This document shows positions 9,957 through 22,118 of a stretch of DNA of 64,000 bases, piece by piece. The translations under genes and the position numbers were made by a program. Each line of letters begins with the position of its first letter. Position 1 is the first letter of the stretch. Source of the DNA: Balamuthia mandrillaris (taxonomy: Eukaryota); assembly GCA_031835245.2 (NCBI GenBank), contig JAVKOQ020000045.1:62001-126000 (forward strand), in the 5' to 3' direction. The notes beneath the pieces were generated by a model. The model had not been told where the DNA came from. It ran no database searches and saw only the letters and a program-made list of their open reading frames with translations.

Positions 9957-11302
9957 TCTCCCTCTTCTTTCTCGTTTCTACTTCCCTTGTTTCTCTATTT
10001 GTTCTCTTTCTCCAGGTAACAAAACTTCACATACAGGTTATTAGCAGTGGGATGTTGCTTGTTAATATTCGATCCCGTGTTCTTAATGTGGGGCACGACT
10101 TCCTCCGCTCTCCGCTTCCTACTAACGATAGCGTGCTATACGTTGGGCGACGTTCTGCTCTACTATCTCTTCTCAACGGAACGACTGGTCTTCTTTGCCA
10201 TCCTTTCCATCCACGCAGCCATGCTTTGTTGGCTGAATGCCCAACGCGCCAACTGGGATCTTAGTTTAGGGTTATACATTGGTTGGATTTTGATAGACAC
10301 GCAGCTGCGAACGGTTCCCTCTGGGTGGAGCTTTCTCGCTGCCCACACCATCTTGTACTGTGGATTGATCACGTTGATCTTCATCGTTGGTTTCATTTCC
10401 ACACCGGCTCTCTCTGTACGTCATTTATTTGACCTTCTCCTTTCGTCCACTATCCCCCTTTCCCTTTTCCTCAGTCCTTTCTTCTCGTCTGGTTATTTAT
10501 TTTTCAACAATTGAAACAGACTCGATCATACGTTGTGAAGCCAGCAATTAACATATTGCTGCAAAACCTGGTGTTCATGATATGGCTGCCAATATGGCTG
10601 TTGGACAAATGGATATGGTTCCCACTGGAGTGGTTGCTGCTGGATCTTAGCTTAGTGCTCTGGGGCTTGCCTCTGCTGGGTATCATCAGCCGGATGGGTC
10701 CTGCTGGCATATTGCTGTTACTGTCGGCGGTGCTGCTGCCTCCTTTGCTTTCCTACCTCTTCATTCCTGCGGCCTACTTGCCCTTGCTCACCACATTCTT
10801 CCTTCACGCGGCCATCGCCTATCTCCTTCTCTACCTTCCCACTCATTCGAAGTTATTGCGGAAACGTTATAGCAAGCAAAAGAAGCAGACGAATGAAAAC
10901 AACAACCAGAACGAGAAAAACGAGCACGAGCACGAGCACGAGCACGAAAACGAGAACGAGAAAGAAGAAGAAGAAGGAGCAGAGGAAGAAGAAGCTCCAG
11001 TTATCTTCACAAATCTGCATTGGAGTTATGCGACGGCAGTGCTCGTTGCAGGGTTGGACATGTTCTATCGGACGAGCCCGGCAGAGGACTGGCCCATCTT
11101 TTGCAACGTGACGTGGGTGGTGGTTGCCTTGCTCTGGTTGTCGTTGCTGCTGTACGACCGGTTGGAGATGCTTCGCAGCGACTCCATTGATGAGCATCGC
11201 TCTCGTGCTCTCTATGCCGCTGTTGCTCAACAAAGCACATCTTCGGCCTCTTCCTCTAGCCTTTCTTCGCCAGCTTCTGCATCAGACACAACAAGTTCTT
11301 GA
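9439..11302 (+). CDS. J-domain (DnaJ type C) polytopic membrane protein, multi-exon
   Basis: YYDRLEV...[11 protein letters not shown]...[11 protein letters not shown]...REVYDAYG J-domain followed by many hydrophobic segments. Confidence 0.8.
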
Positions 11303-11331
11303 AAACTCTTTCGCTGTCCTCACTGTCATTA

Positions 11332-11377
<46 letters not shown>

Positions 11378-11458
11378 AGAGAAGAGAGAGGACTGAGGGT
11401 GAGAGGTTATTATTTGAAGGAAACAAAAAACGAACAAGGAGAGGACTTTATAGCACAG

Positions 11459-13370
11459 ATGGCAGCTCGTGTGGAAGGGCTTATCCCGAGTGGCGCTACG
11501 CAAGCGAACCTTCAAAGTACGGACCCCATTGCTTCGAAGCCAATATACTCTCTTCTGCTTTTTTCTTAAAGATGGGAAAGGGATTTGGTTAGGAGCAGAA
11601 GGAGGAAGGGCAGTGGCAAAGGCCTTGTATGGCAACAAGAACCTCACTTCGTTGAACCTGTGGTGTACGTTTGCTTTCCTGCTGCTTCTCCAACTCTTTC
11701 AAACAAAAACCTGTTCTTGTTTATTGTAGTTTGCTGCTTGGGAACAGAAGGAGCAAAGGCTATTGCGGAAGCTTTGCGCCACAATACTACTCTTACCTCG
11801 TTAGACATCAGCTGTAAGTAAAACTTTTGAGAACAGCAGGGACTCACAGACAGAGCGCTGATGATTTATTTGCTTTTTTTTTTTAAAAAAAAATAACCAG
11901 GGAACGAGATAGGCTCAGAAGGAGCTAGAGCAATAGCGGAGGCCTTGTGCTACAATTCTACTCTTTCCACCTTAGACCTGCGAAGTACTAGTCTTCTCTT
12001 CGGTTCCCTTCATCCTTTTCTCTAAGTTGGCAACTTCAAGCAAACGATTTAGGGGCAGAGGGAGGTGAAGCATTACTAGAGGCCTTGGATAACAACACCA
12101 CTCTTTCTACGTTGCGCATTGCAGGTTTGTGTGTCGTTCCTGTTCCCTCTTGTTTCCTTCCTTCCTTCCTTCCTTCCTTCCTTCCTTCCTTCCTTCCTTC
12201 CTTCCTTCCTTCCTTCCTTCCTTCCTTCCTTCCTCCTTCCTTCCTTCCTTCCTTCCTTCCTTCCTTCCTTCCTTCCTTCTTCCTCTCCTTCCTCCCTCCC
12301 ACTCCCACTCTCTCCCACTCTCCTCTCCCACTCCCTCTGCCTCTGCCTCTGCCTCTGCTCTGCCTCTGCTCTCTCTGCCTCTGCCTCTGCCCTCTTCTTT
12401 CCCTGCCTCTGCCTCTGCCTCTGCCTCTACTCTGCCTCTGCTCTGCCTCTGCCCTCTGCTCTGCCTCTGCCTCTGCCTCTCTGCCTCTGCCTCTGCCTCT
12501 CTGCCTCTGCCTCTGCCTCTGCCTCTGCCTCTGCCTCTGCCTCTGCCTCTGCCTCTGCCTCTGCCTCTGCCTCTGCCTCTGCCTCTGCCTCTCTGGGCTC
12601 CGCACATAGTTTCAGACTTTCTAATCTTCATTCTGTTATGTTGTTATTTCATCTTCAGGAAACAACATCCCGGAACATCTGGTGAGGGAGCTCCAGGAGA
12701 AAGCAGCCCAAGGAAAGAAAAGAAAAAGACAAGCATGGAATTCCTATTTGGTGGGTCAGGTATTGTCTGATCTTCAAGCGTTGCGGCAGTCTCGCAACAA
12801 CGCCAATCCCCCTTTCCATCACAGCACAACGGTGCTGGAAGAAGTGCTCAACAAGGCTCCAGTGGTGGGAATCATGACAGGACATGGAGCCATCCCCCAG
12901 GCCTTGGCTGCAAAGGCGCAACTGGAGGCCGTACAAAGAGAGATAGCAGAAGGAAAGACATTCCCCAACAATAAGTTGTTGGCTAAGAGAGACCAGGCCA
13001 GAAGAAAGTTTGTGGACGTTGCTGAAGCAGCTGAAGAATGCTGGCGGCAACAAGATGTTGTTGCACTACAGCAGCAGTGTATGGGATTAGTGCAGTTGTT
13101 GCGGAACGCCTTGCCACAGAAGGAAGAAATGGCAGCAATAAGAGAACAAGATATGTCGTTCAAAAGGAGGAGAAAAGAAACGAAAGGAGAACAGAAAGTA
13201 AGCCCGCTTCAACATGGGAGAGATGCCTTGTGTACGTTTAAAGCGTGGCAAAGGAGCTATGTTAACCAAAACTTGCGGGTAGGAAAGGAGACAGAAGAAC
13301 AAGCCAAAAGAGTATCGCAAAGTCTTCAACAAGTAGCCTGTGCATTTTCGGGTTTTTCTTCTCTCTCCTC

Positions 13371-13428
<58 letters not shown>

Positions 13429-15608
13429 CACCTTGCAGCTACACCAACCGCTGACATATAGTCTCATTTCAAGACCCAGACATGCCTATAACAAAAGAAC
13501 TTTTGAAGGAAAGTCATATAGGATCTCTGATAAGCGCCATACAAGAGGAGCAACTCTTTCTGGCTGATAGGCCACCCCCTCCGTTAGATGCCTTGCACCA
13601 AGGCATGAAGAGGGTGATGGATCACCTACAAGAATTGTGTGACGAGAGTCAAGAGGCAGGCGTCGTGATGGCGAGATTGCGACAGGAAGTGGCGCAAGTA
13701 AGGGACGTGTTGACCAGTCCTCCTGGTGAGGCGAGAGTTATGGAACTGAGCAAAGTGAGCAAGAAAATGTTGCGTCAAATGCGAATAGCACAGGTCGAGT
13801 TAGACACAGCGGAAGATAACGAAGAAAGAGAGGATGCTCAGAGAAAGTTGGACAAAGCTAAAAAGCAATGGAAACAGCAAGTGGCATTGTTGGAGGTAAG
13901 TCTTGTTTGTCTTCATTTTTCTACTGTGTGCTGTTAAGCAGTTGTTTTCTTATGTGCAGAGAGAGGCGTTATGGTTGGTGACCATGAGCAACAGCCATTG
14001 CCCAGAACTGCGGTTCAAGCTTCAAGAACTGGGACTGGAGGCAGTAGACATGATGACCGTGGATAGTCCTTACCGCTGCCTTGACCACTACGACAACCTG
14101 CAGCTGCTTGCCTCTGGCGGCAGGCACTGCGTGATGCATGGCCAGTTCCAAGGCAAGCCCTGTGTTTTGAAAGAGTTTGATCTCAGCTTCTCCACCGACC
14201 GCCAACACTTTTTGAGGGAGCTGAAGAGGCTGAGAGGACTGCAGCATGAGCACATAGTACAAGTGGAAGCAGCGTTTGTTCAGGAGGAAAAGGGCAGAAG
14301 CAAGGGATGGATTCACATGCCCTTCTACAGTGGTGGTAATCTATGCGAGTGGTTGAGGGATGGCACCCGCAGGATGTGAAGCCCCACAACATCTTCGTTG
14401 AGGGACAACGGGCCATCCTTGGGGACTTTGATATCAGCACAAACGCAGCAACAATGGCTACTGCCGCCATGACCGTTATCGCTAGGGGTGATGGCAGCAA
14501 TGGAGGAGGAACGTGGCAGTACATGGCACCAGAGCTGTGCAGCGGAAATGCAGAGGCAGCCTCGGATGTGTTTTCATGGGGCCTGGTCTTGTTCGACCTC
14601 CACTTTGCTGCTGATGCGCTCAAAGCCCAAGTTCAGGAATCATGTGGTGGAGGAAGAGAGGAGAAACCGTCTCGCCCAACGTTGATGGAAATGGTGAGGG
14701 GCAAAGAGGTACACATTCCCTCTCACCCCAACGAGCACTTGAGGGATCTTTTACGCCAAGTGTTGCAGCTGGATCCAAAGCAACGACCCACCGCTAGCCA
14801 GTGTCTAAGTCACAACTACCTATGGAGTCACCTCTCAGAGGACAGAGTGGCGGAGAGGGACCGAAGGCACTGCCTGGTGTGTATGGAGGAAAAATGGCTA
14901 GATGAGGGCCTGGAGTGTTCACCCCCTCTTCCCAATGCACAAGACAGACAGCAACAACAAGCATTATCCAGCAACCACTTCGCCTGTGGACAATGTCTCA
15001 ACGGGTTCGTGGTGTCGTTGCTGGACGCACCACCAGCCACATTAGCGCAGAGAGGAAGGCATGTGCCGTGCTTGGTGACCGGTTGTGCAGCCCAACCCTT
15101 CCCCATGGAACAACTGATGGCGCACTTGGATGACGATGGGCGGAAGGCGTTAATGGAGGTGCGCAGCAAAGCGGAGGAGTACATGTCCCAACAGGCCTTC
15201 CAACAGCGGCTGCAAGAGGAACGAACCCAGTGGGAGAAGGAGAGCACCACGCAGCGACACCGACGTTGCATCATAGAGGAAATCTTGACGCTGCAGTGCC
15301 CTCGTTGTCACCAGGCCTTTGTTGACTTTGATGGTTGCTTCGCGTTGAAGTGCAGTCGCTGCAATGCGGGCTTTTGTGGTTGGTGTCTTCAGGATTGTGG
15401 ATCCGATGCGCATGCACATGTTAGGGTATGCGGAGCCAATCAAGCTGGCGGCGGATTGTTTGGAACATTTGAGGCGTTCTTGAAGGCGCAGCGAAAGAGA
15501 CAAGAAAGGAGGTTGAGAGGGTACTTGGCTGGCTTGTCGAGGGAGGAGAGTAGGCACGTGCGGGCAGCATTACAGAAAGAACTGGCTGATCTGAACATTC
15601 GTTTGTAA
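11459..15608 (+). CDS. RI-type LRR - coiled coil - protein kinase - RING - Rcat/IBR-like zinc finger protein; frameshift/deletion at ~14372 (possibly a pseudogene)
   Basis: LRR exons at 11572-11664, 11730-11813, 11901-11984, 12041-12124. Kinase motifs CVLKEF, DVKPHN, DFD, YMAPE, SDVFSWG. RING CLVC...HFACGQC...CLVTGC. Rcat-like CPRC...DGC..LKCSRCNAGFCGWC. Confidence 0.78.
12156..12593 (+). repeat. Intronic compound microsatellite (TTCC)n followed by (CTCTGC)n
   Basis: Read directly from the sequence; lies in intron 12125-12658. Confidence 0.95.
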
Positions 15609-15813
15609 TAGTAAAATATTTGTATTTCTTTTATTTTGGAAGGGTGATATTGTTGAACCTTGTTCTCATCCGTCATCTCCAGCGTGCACTTTGGTTGTGA
15701 GAGATAACGACCAAAACAAAGAGAGACAGGGTGGGACGGTGGACGGCGAGAGAGAGAGAGAGCGAGAAGAGAGAGCAGCTCACCACATTTCAAAAGATAT
15801 GCGTTCAATTGTT

Positions 15814-16842
15814 TCATTCAGCCTGTGACACACGATGCAAGTCCTGATAGATATCCCACTCATGCTCCGCAAATTCTTGCAACGTGGTTTCGCACAGTAT
15901 GAATGACATAAAGCGAGCGACGCGTTCAGGAGGCAATAGATGACCGCTTTCCTTCTGCTCCTTGAAGTAGGAGACCATCGGAAAGACTTGCTGTGAGCTT
16001 CCTCTTATCTCTTCCTGCATGGCCGTGTCCACTTTTCCTGGCCGTATCCAACCCACACGTACTGAATCTCTTTCTTCTTTTCCTTCCTCTTCTTTCTGTG
16101 TTTGTGCCGGTGAAGCTAACTCAACGTCGAGACATTTGGTTAACATGTGCAAAGCAGCTTTGCTTACGCAGTAGGCCGTCCAGCCTTGGTAGGCCTTGGA
16201 GGCGGCTCCTGAGCCCACCATCAACACTCTTGCTCCTTCTCCTTCCCCTCCTTTGTTCTTATTATGGCGTTGAAGGTGAGGCAATAGTGCCTGCGTTAGG
16301 AACAAAGGCGCCTCCACATTGATCGCCATTGCTGCTCGCCTGCCAAAGTAGCAGCGTATGAGAGAAAAGTAGAGTAGAGAAAGATAGGGAAATGAAAGGG
16401 AGCAACTTACCACTCGTTCAAGCGAAGGTTGTGAACACTTTCCACCGGTGATACCACCCCAGCGTTGTGAACCAAAAAACTAAGAGAGGCGCAGGGAGGA
16501 AGGTCACCGTAAGGATCGATCCATAGCAAATGAGGGCAGCACGACGTACCGCAATGAGGCGGTGGGAGGGAGAGCATCCGCAACGAGCGCACGCCCTTCT
16601 TCTGTGGCGATGTCGGCAGCAACGGTCACAAGGCGTTCAGCAGAGGCTTCCCCATGAAGCAACAGGCACTGCCTTTTGGTCTCGCGCAGAGCCTCCTCCC
16701 GACGTCCGACGATGAGGACCTTGCCCTGGTACTTGCTTTCCCTCCGCACGAGCTCCCATGCCAGAGCACGCCCGATCCCACTCCCACCCCCCGTCACAAC
16801 CGCACACTCTTCCGCTTCCTCCATCGCTACACTTTTTTCCAT
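15814..16842 (-). CDS. SDR, sepiapterin/benzil-reductase-like, multi-exon
   Basis: VVTGGGSGIG, LVHNAG, VGSGAA, YCVSK, RPGKVDTAMQ. Confidence 0.88.
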
Positions 16843-16873
16843 GTCGTCATGAAATACTCCGGCATGAAGCTTG

Positions 16874-16881
16874 TGTCGACA
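16874..16881. promoter_or_regulatory. TGTCGACA palindrome in 125-bp divergent promoter
   Basis: Lies between ATG 16842(-) and ATG 16968(+). Confidence 0.55.
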
Positions 16882-16967
16882 GAATTTCTTTCCCGCCCAA
16901 TTGATAGGTCTTGCTTGTCCGCTTGTGTGGGGGAAAAACAAGGCTTGTAGCAACATCCGCCATTGTA

Positions 16968-18021
16968 ATGGCGCAGTGGTCTTTGTTGCCGCCGGAAGTT
17001 TTGGCTCTACCACTGCTTCGCGGTCAACAAACAATGGCACGCGGCCGCCCGGGATGACTGCTTGTGGAAGGACCGCGCGCTTCTCCTGTTTTCTTGCGCT
17101 GGTGAAACAGAAAAAGCAGAAGCAGAGAAGGAGCCCTCAGCACCCAGTTGGTACGAGCGCTTCAAAGAAGCAGCACAGCTCAAGTTCTGCTTTCACCCTT
17201 TGTTGGCCGACTCGGCCTTCACCTTGAGGCAAGCTTTCAGTCAAGCACATCGAGAAGGCCGCAAAGGAAGCTGCCCAAAGCTGATCCTTTCCACTCAAGA
17301 GCAGTGCAAGAGGACTGGCTTCTCCAGGGCCTTCTCCACCAACCCTTTTGCTGCCTCTTCCGTTGTGCATGGCAAATTCACTCCGCCCTCAGACATACCT
17401 GAAATAGAGACAAGCACTAAAGAAAGGCGAGTGCAAGCAGAGCTCCAGGAGAACAGCGTCATGTTCACTCAGTGGCAGAACAAACGGGTTCGTTTGGAGT
17501 TTGAGGTGCACGAAAACTGGGAAGTGGGGCTGTTTCACGACCCCAAGTCCTTTCAACGCTTCTTCTCCACCGAATACTTTTCCTACGGCCTCAGCCCCAT
17601 TGCTTCCACGTACATGTGCACCACGTTCAGCATGGGTGACAACCAGCTCACCCACAGCAGCATACCTCCCACCTTGATCAGGAACTTCACCTCTCCTCCC
17701 TCCTCCGCTGATGCCCTCAGGAAATACTTTGTTAGCAATCCCTGTGACTCCAAGAGCTTGGCAAGGGAGAGGAGGGAGTTTGGATGTTTGTTGGAGGTGA
17801 AGCAAACAGCCCTTGAGTGGAGCCGACCACAGCGATGGGCAGATGCGGTCACGCTTGTTGTGGAGGTGGATGGAAGGGCCAAGCATGTTAAGTTTACCGT
17901 CAACGGCGCGGAGAGCGAGCCGCTGCCAACCCCGTTTGAGCCATTCGTGCTTGCCCTCACCACCGGCAACAGTGACGCCAAGATCGCGCTCGTCCAACAG
18001 TCGGTAACGTTGTGTTTGTAG
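16968..18021 (+). CDS. F-box + SPRY-like protein with a frameshift in the F-box at ~17000
   Basis: MAQWSLLPPEV (frame of ATG 16968) switches to WLYHCFAVNKQWHAAARDDCLWK (frame of ORF 17062). The C-terminus VTLVVEVDG...VKFTVNG...FVLALT is SPRY-like. Confidence 0.6.
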
Positions 18022-18255
18022 AGATGTTCCGTTTTGTTTGTTATGTTGCTTCGTTCCAAGGTTCAGTTGTGCAAGTGATGTCAGCAATTACCGCAAGCCA
18101 AGAAGGCTATCCCCGCTCTTGTTGCGACTTGGACGAGGGCCGACCCGGCGGTTTTGTGCCATGTCTTTGTTTTGACCTTTTTGAGCTCTCTGGCGCCGTA
18201 AAAGGAGAATTCAACATTCTTTTTTTTTTTAATTATTGGAAGGTTTTATTTGGTT

Positions 18256-20099
18256 TTAGTAGTAAGTGAACCCGTGCATAGCGTCAAGGTTCTTCTTTAT
18301 CTTGCGGCTGAGCGGTTTGTCAAAGGAATAGCTGCTTGGAAAGTCTTTTGCCTTTTTCAACACTTCCTTGGCTTTTGCAAGCCATTCTTTTTCTTCTTCT
18401 TTGTCTTTCTGCCTTTCAGCTGCTCGTTCAAGGTATAACTCTCCAAGATCGTTGTAAGCGTGTGGCACAACATAGTTCTCCTCTTTACTTATCTTTTTCT
18501 TTACAGCTATTACTTCCTGTTCATTCGTTCATCAGAGAATAGACAGAAAACAAAGATGTAGAGAAAGCAAGAGAAATAAAAGTACCAAGAACGCCTTTTC
18601 AGCCTCATCAAGATGACCAAGGCCTTTGAGACTTCTACCTTTGAGATAAAGGTATTGGCCAAGGCTATCCCAATCGTGTTCATGCTGCTGCATTAGGGCT
18701 TTACAGTCTTCCAACGTCTGAAGACAAGCCCCCCACAGTCGTCCTTGTTTTTGTAGCCTTGCTGTTGTTAGGGCCTGATATTGTTTTTTCTAAGTAAGTT
18801 GTGTAACAATTTTAGACTTCATGAAAGGAAGAGGTGTTGTATTGAGACCTTTTCTAAATCGCTCATAAGAAACGGTGTCTTGTTGGAAGCAGATTTGTGT
18901 AAATAATCTTTGGCCTTCCGTCCAGCAAATATGTCAAATGAGTAATGTTTACGAACATAACCACTTGCCCTAAAGACTATGTGTCAATACAAAGAGAGAG
19001 CGAGAGGAGCGAGAAGACACGCAACAATAAAAATGAAGCTCTTGCTTCTTTGTTCTCTCCTAACATACAATGGGCAACTCCTTTGTGAAAGGCGCACCAA
19101 CATCTATAAGCCGTCGTCTTATTCTCTTTGTAAACAGAAACGGTTCAATGATTGAGCAATAGGCACAAGCAGTGAAAACATAAGAGAAGAGAGAAAACCT
19201 TTGAGAAACGCGTCGTAATGTTGACACGCTTTCTCCCATTCAGATAAGATGGCATAACACTCCCCTATTTCAAACTCAAATATGAGCTGCATCTGCCTAA
19301 GCTGTTGTGAGTTGGCATAGGCCTCCTCGTACAATGCAATGGCCTGTTCCACTTGCCCCTCTTTTGTAAGCATTTGGGCTCCTAAATACTGAAATAGAAC
19401 CCCTTTTCTTATTTTTCAAAAGAAGGAAGAAGTTAGAGGAAAAGATATAAACAAAATGATATACCTACGGGAATCTATGTATAGCTTCTTCATAAATTAC
19501 ACGTGCTTGCTTCAAGTTTTCCTATTTAAATAGATACAAACAGTTGGGTTGGATGCACTGGTATTAGTCATCAGCATTACAAAGAAAAGCACGAGCGAAG
19601 TACGATTATTACCCCCAAAAATATCTGTATCCACAACAAGAAAAACGTTGCAAGAGGAGCTGTGACGTAATCGTGTGGTTCTCGTTCAGTCAACAAAGGA
19701 AGAGCGAAAGAAGAAGAAAGAGCAGGAGATGAAGCAAGTACAAATAATAGAGTCGCTATCATGACAACTATGTAATCCTTTGATTCCTTGGGTCCTGTTA
19801 GCTTCAAATCCAATAGCTTCCACCACCCATTTTAGGCTCGGTGGCAGTAATGATATAGTAAAATGAAATGCTGCAACTCCAAACTGAACCAAACTGCTCA
19901 GTTTTACAAACAAAGTTAACTATAACCGCGCTGGGAGCACGGAGGAACGATAGGAAAGAGGAGAGCTAACCTAATATAACCAGGATCAAGTAGATGAACA
20001 TTGCCTTGAGCAAGATCCTCCTCAATAATGCTGTGACATTCCGCAAATATTTTCCAACTCTTCCGTAGATTAATTCCTCCTGCATAAAAGTATGTAACT

Positions 20100-20147
<48 letters not shown>

Positions 20148-21607
20148 AAGAAAATGTAAAGGTACCTTGGATATAAGCTCCTGTTTTGAAAAACAGCAAT
20201 GCTCTAAGAATTTTACAATAAGCAGTTACCTACATGCGCCATCACAAAGTTAGTGTTATGAACAATAATACTCATGGATAGAAACGTACAACGCAGCCAC
20301 CCATTTCTTGCATTTCTGTTGCAGATGGTTTCCTGTGTTTGGCCTTTGACCAGAAGCCTCTAACAAATTCCACCTTTTGTACCGAAAGTTAAGCAAGTAA
20401 AAAGAAAGAGACTGGTTTGCGGGGGAAAAAAAAAGGCGAAAGAGCAAAGCACGAACGGTGGTAGTTTCAGCGCAATAATGGCAAAAAGGAGTGGACATGC
20501 TCTCCACTTCATCTAACCGAGAGCATGCCTCGTTTATGCTTTCCTTCTCTTCTGTTATTACAGCTCTCAACCATGGCACCTTTGTTTCGTTCATTTGTAA
20601 GCCTCATGAGAGGGAGATGCAGAGGAAGAGGGAGAGCAAAATAACGCCAAACAACAAGATAACAAATACCATGGCGTAATGCAAGGCGAAATGGAAGTCC
20701 TCCTCTTTTCTCTCGGAGAACAGTTGCTCAGCTTCAGCAAGCAGTCCGTTCCACAACAAGTTAACGCCCTCTCGTAATGATGCTCCCTAGCCTCTTCGAA
20801 ATCAGCACAAAACAGAGTGACAGAGAGAAAGAAGAACAACCTACCTTGATCTGGCGTGGAGAGCTAGCAGCAGAACCTCCAGATGTCTCAGACTCTTCAC
20901 TATTTTCATCTTCATCGCTGACAATAGAATCAGCTTTGGAAATATTGCATAGTTCTTGCAGCACATCTAACCACCGTTCTCTTTCTTGGACCGTCTCCGT
21001 ATAAAAGTGATGTAGCTTCCCGTGTCTGCGACAAAACGAGAATAAAAACGAAGAACTAAGAAAGAACAAGAACAAGAACAGGAACAGGAACAAGAAGGAG
21101 AAGGAGAAAGAGAAACAAGCGAAGCAAGGTGATACCGAGTAACAAGCTGGAAACAGGTATGACCTTGCATTTCCTTCAAGAGGGCTTGGTCAGTGTCGGC
21201 TGCTTTGCTTTTAATGGCAACCACAGCGTCCAGCGGAATGATGGACCCAGTTGGACTGCTCCCAGCACTTTGCTCTACGGAGAGGGCAGCAGCAGCTTCT
21301 TCCTCTCGCTCGAAGCAGCATAACTTTCGGTCGGTTATGCAACAAAAGAAGCGTTGAAAAGCGGCTGTTCAGAGTATTAGCAATACGTTCAAGCAAACAG
21401 TTCAGAGGAAGTGGAAGAAAGAGTGGGTGCGAATTGAATACCTTCCTTTGGAAACCTGGTTTTACGTTGCTTGTAGAGGTAGCCTTGCAGCTGTGGGTGG
21501 GTTTGCATATTACATCTTGGTGCTGAAATGGATCGACAGCACACACGAAAGTAGCTTACCATGGGCGGCGGCTGTTCCTGTTCAGCTTGCCGTGCTCCTT
21601 CCTCCAT
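18256..21607 (-). CDS. PH-domain + TTC39/IML2-family TPR protein, multi-exon
   Basis: PH motifs LQGYLYKQ and FYTETVQERERWLDVL; TTC39-like GGINLRKSWKIF and FGVAAFHFTISLLPPSLKWVVEAIGF; TPR-like helices. Confidence 0.75.
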
Positions 21608-21781
21608 GGCCCCCTTCCTTCTTTTCTTCGCACGCCACGCGATGCGGTTTTTGGTCGCTTCTCTCGCTGTGATTGTACTCGCGTGGATGACCAGAGATGA
21701 GCCAAGAGTCGACACAAAGCAGAGAATTTGCCGACATCCATTAAGTTTCAGGTCGTCCTGAATCAATACCGTCAGAGTTTC

Positions 21782-21817
<36 letters not shown>

Positions 21818-21881
21818 TCTCTCCCTTCCTTCTCTATCTCTCTCTCTCTCTTCCCTCTCTCCGCCCTCCCACTCTTTCCTA

Positions 21882-21971
21882 CTCTCTGCTCTTGTCTTAT
21901 TCCTTCTTTCTCAAACTCTTTACTTGAAGGTGTGAAATGCTGGAGTGTCGATGCACACGCCTTTCGAGGAG
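21882..21971 (+). pseudogene. ~90-bp duplicated fragment of the SDR gene intron/exon junction (source ~2915-3005)
   Basis: TGCTCTTGTCTTATTCCTTCTTTCTCAAACTCTTT...GCTGGAGTGTCGATGCAC.GCCTTTCGAGGAG is near-identical at both sites. Confidence 0.85.
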
Positions 21972-22118
21972 GAACACCTTAATTCGCAGCGTTTGTTGAC
22001 GGAATCGTGTTCTTTGCTTATTGCTCTTCAATGCCCTCCTCTTCTCTTCGTCGTTCTCTTCTATTCTCTTCTATCATCAACAAACGGGTGCAACTATTGG
22101 CCGGCATGCAACGGCCTG

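Noticed and set aside
12036..12770. Six overlapping ORFs with (QR)n, (GR)n, (LP)n, (SA)n and (PSFL)n
   Set aside because: They are translations of an intronic microsatellite that lacks stop codons.
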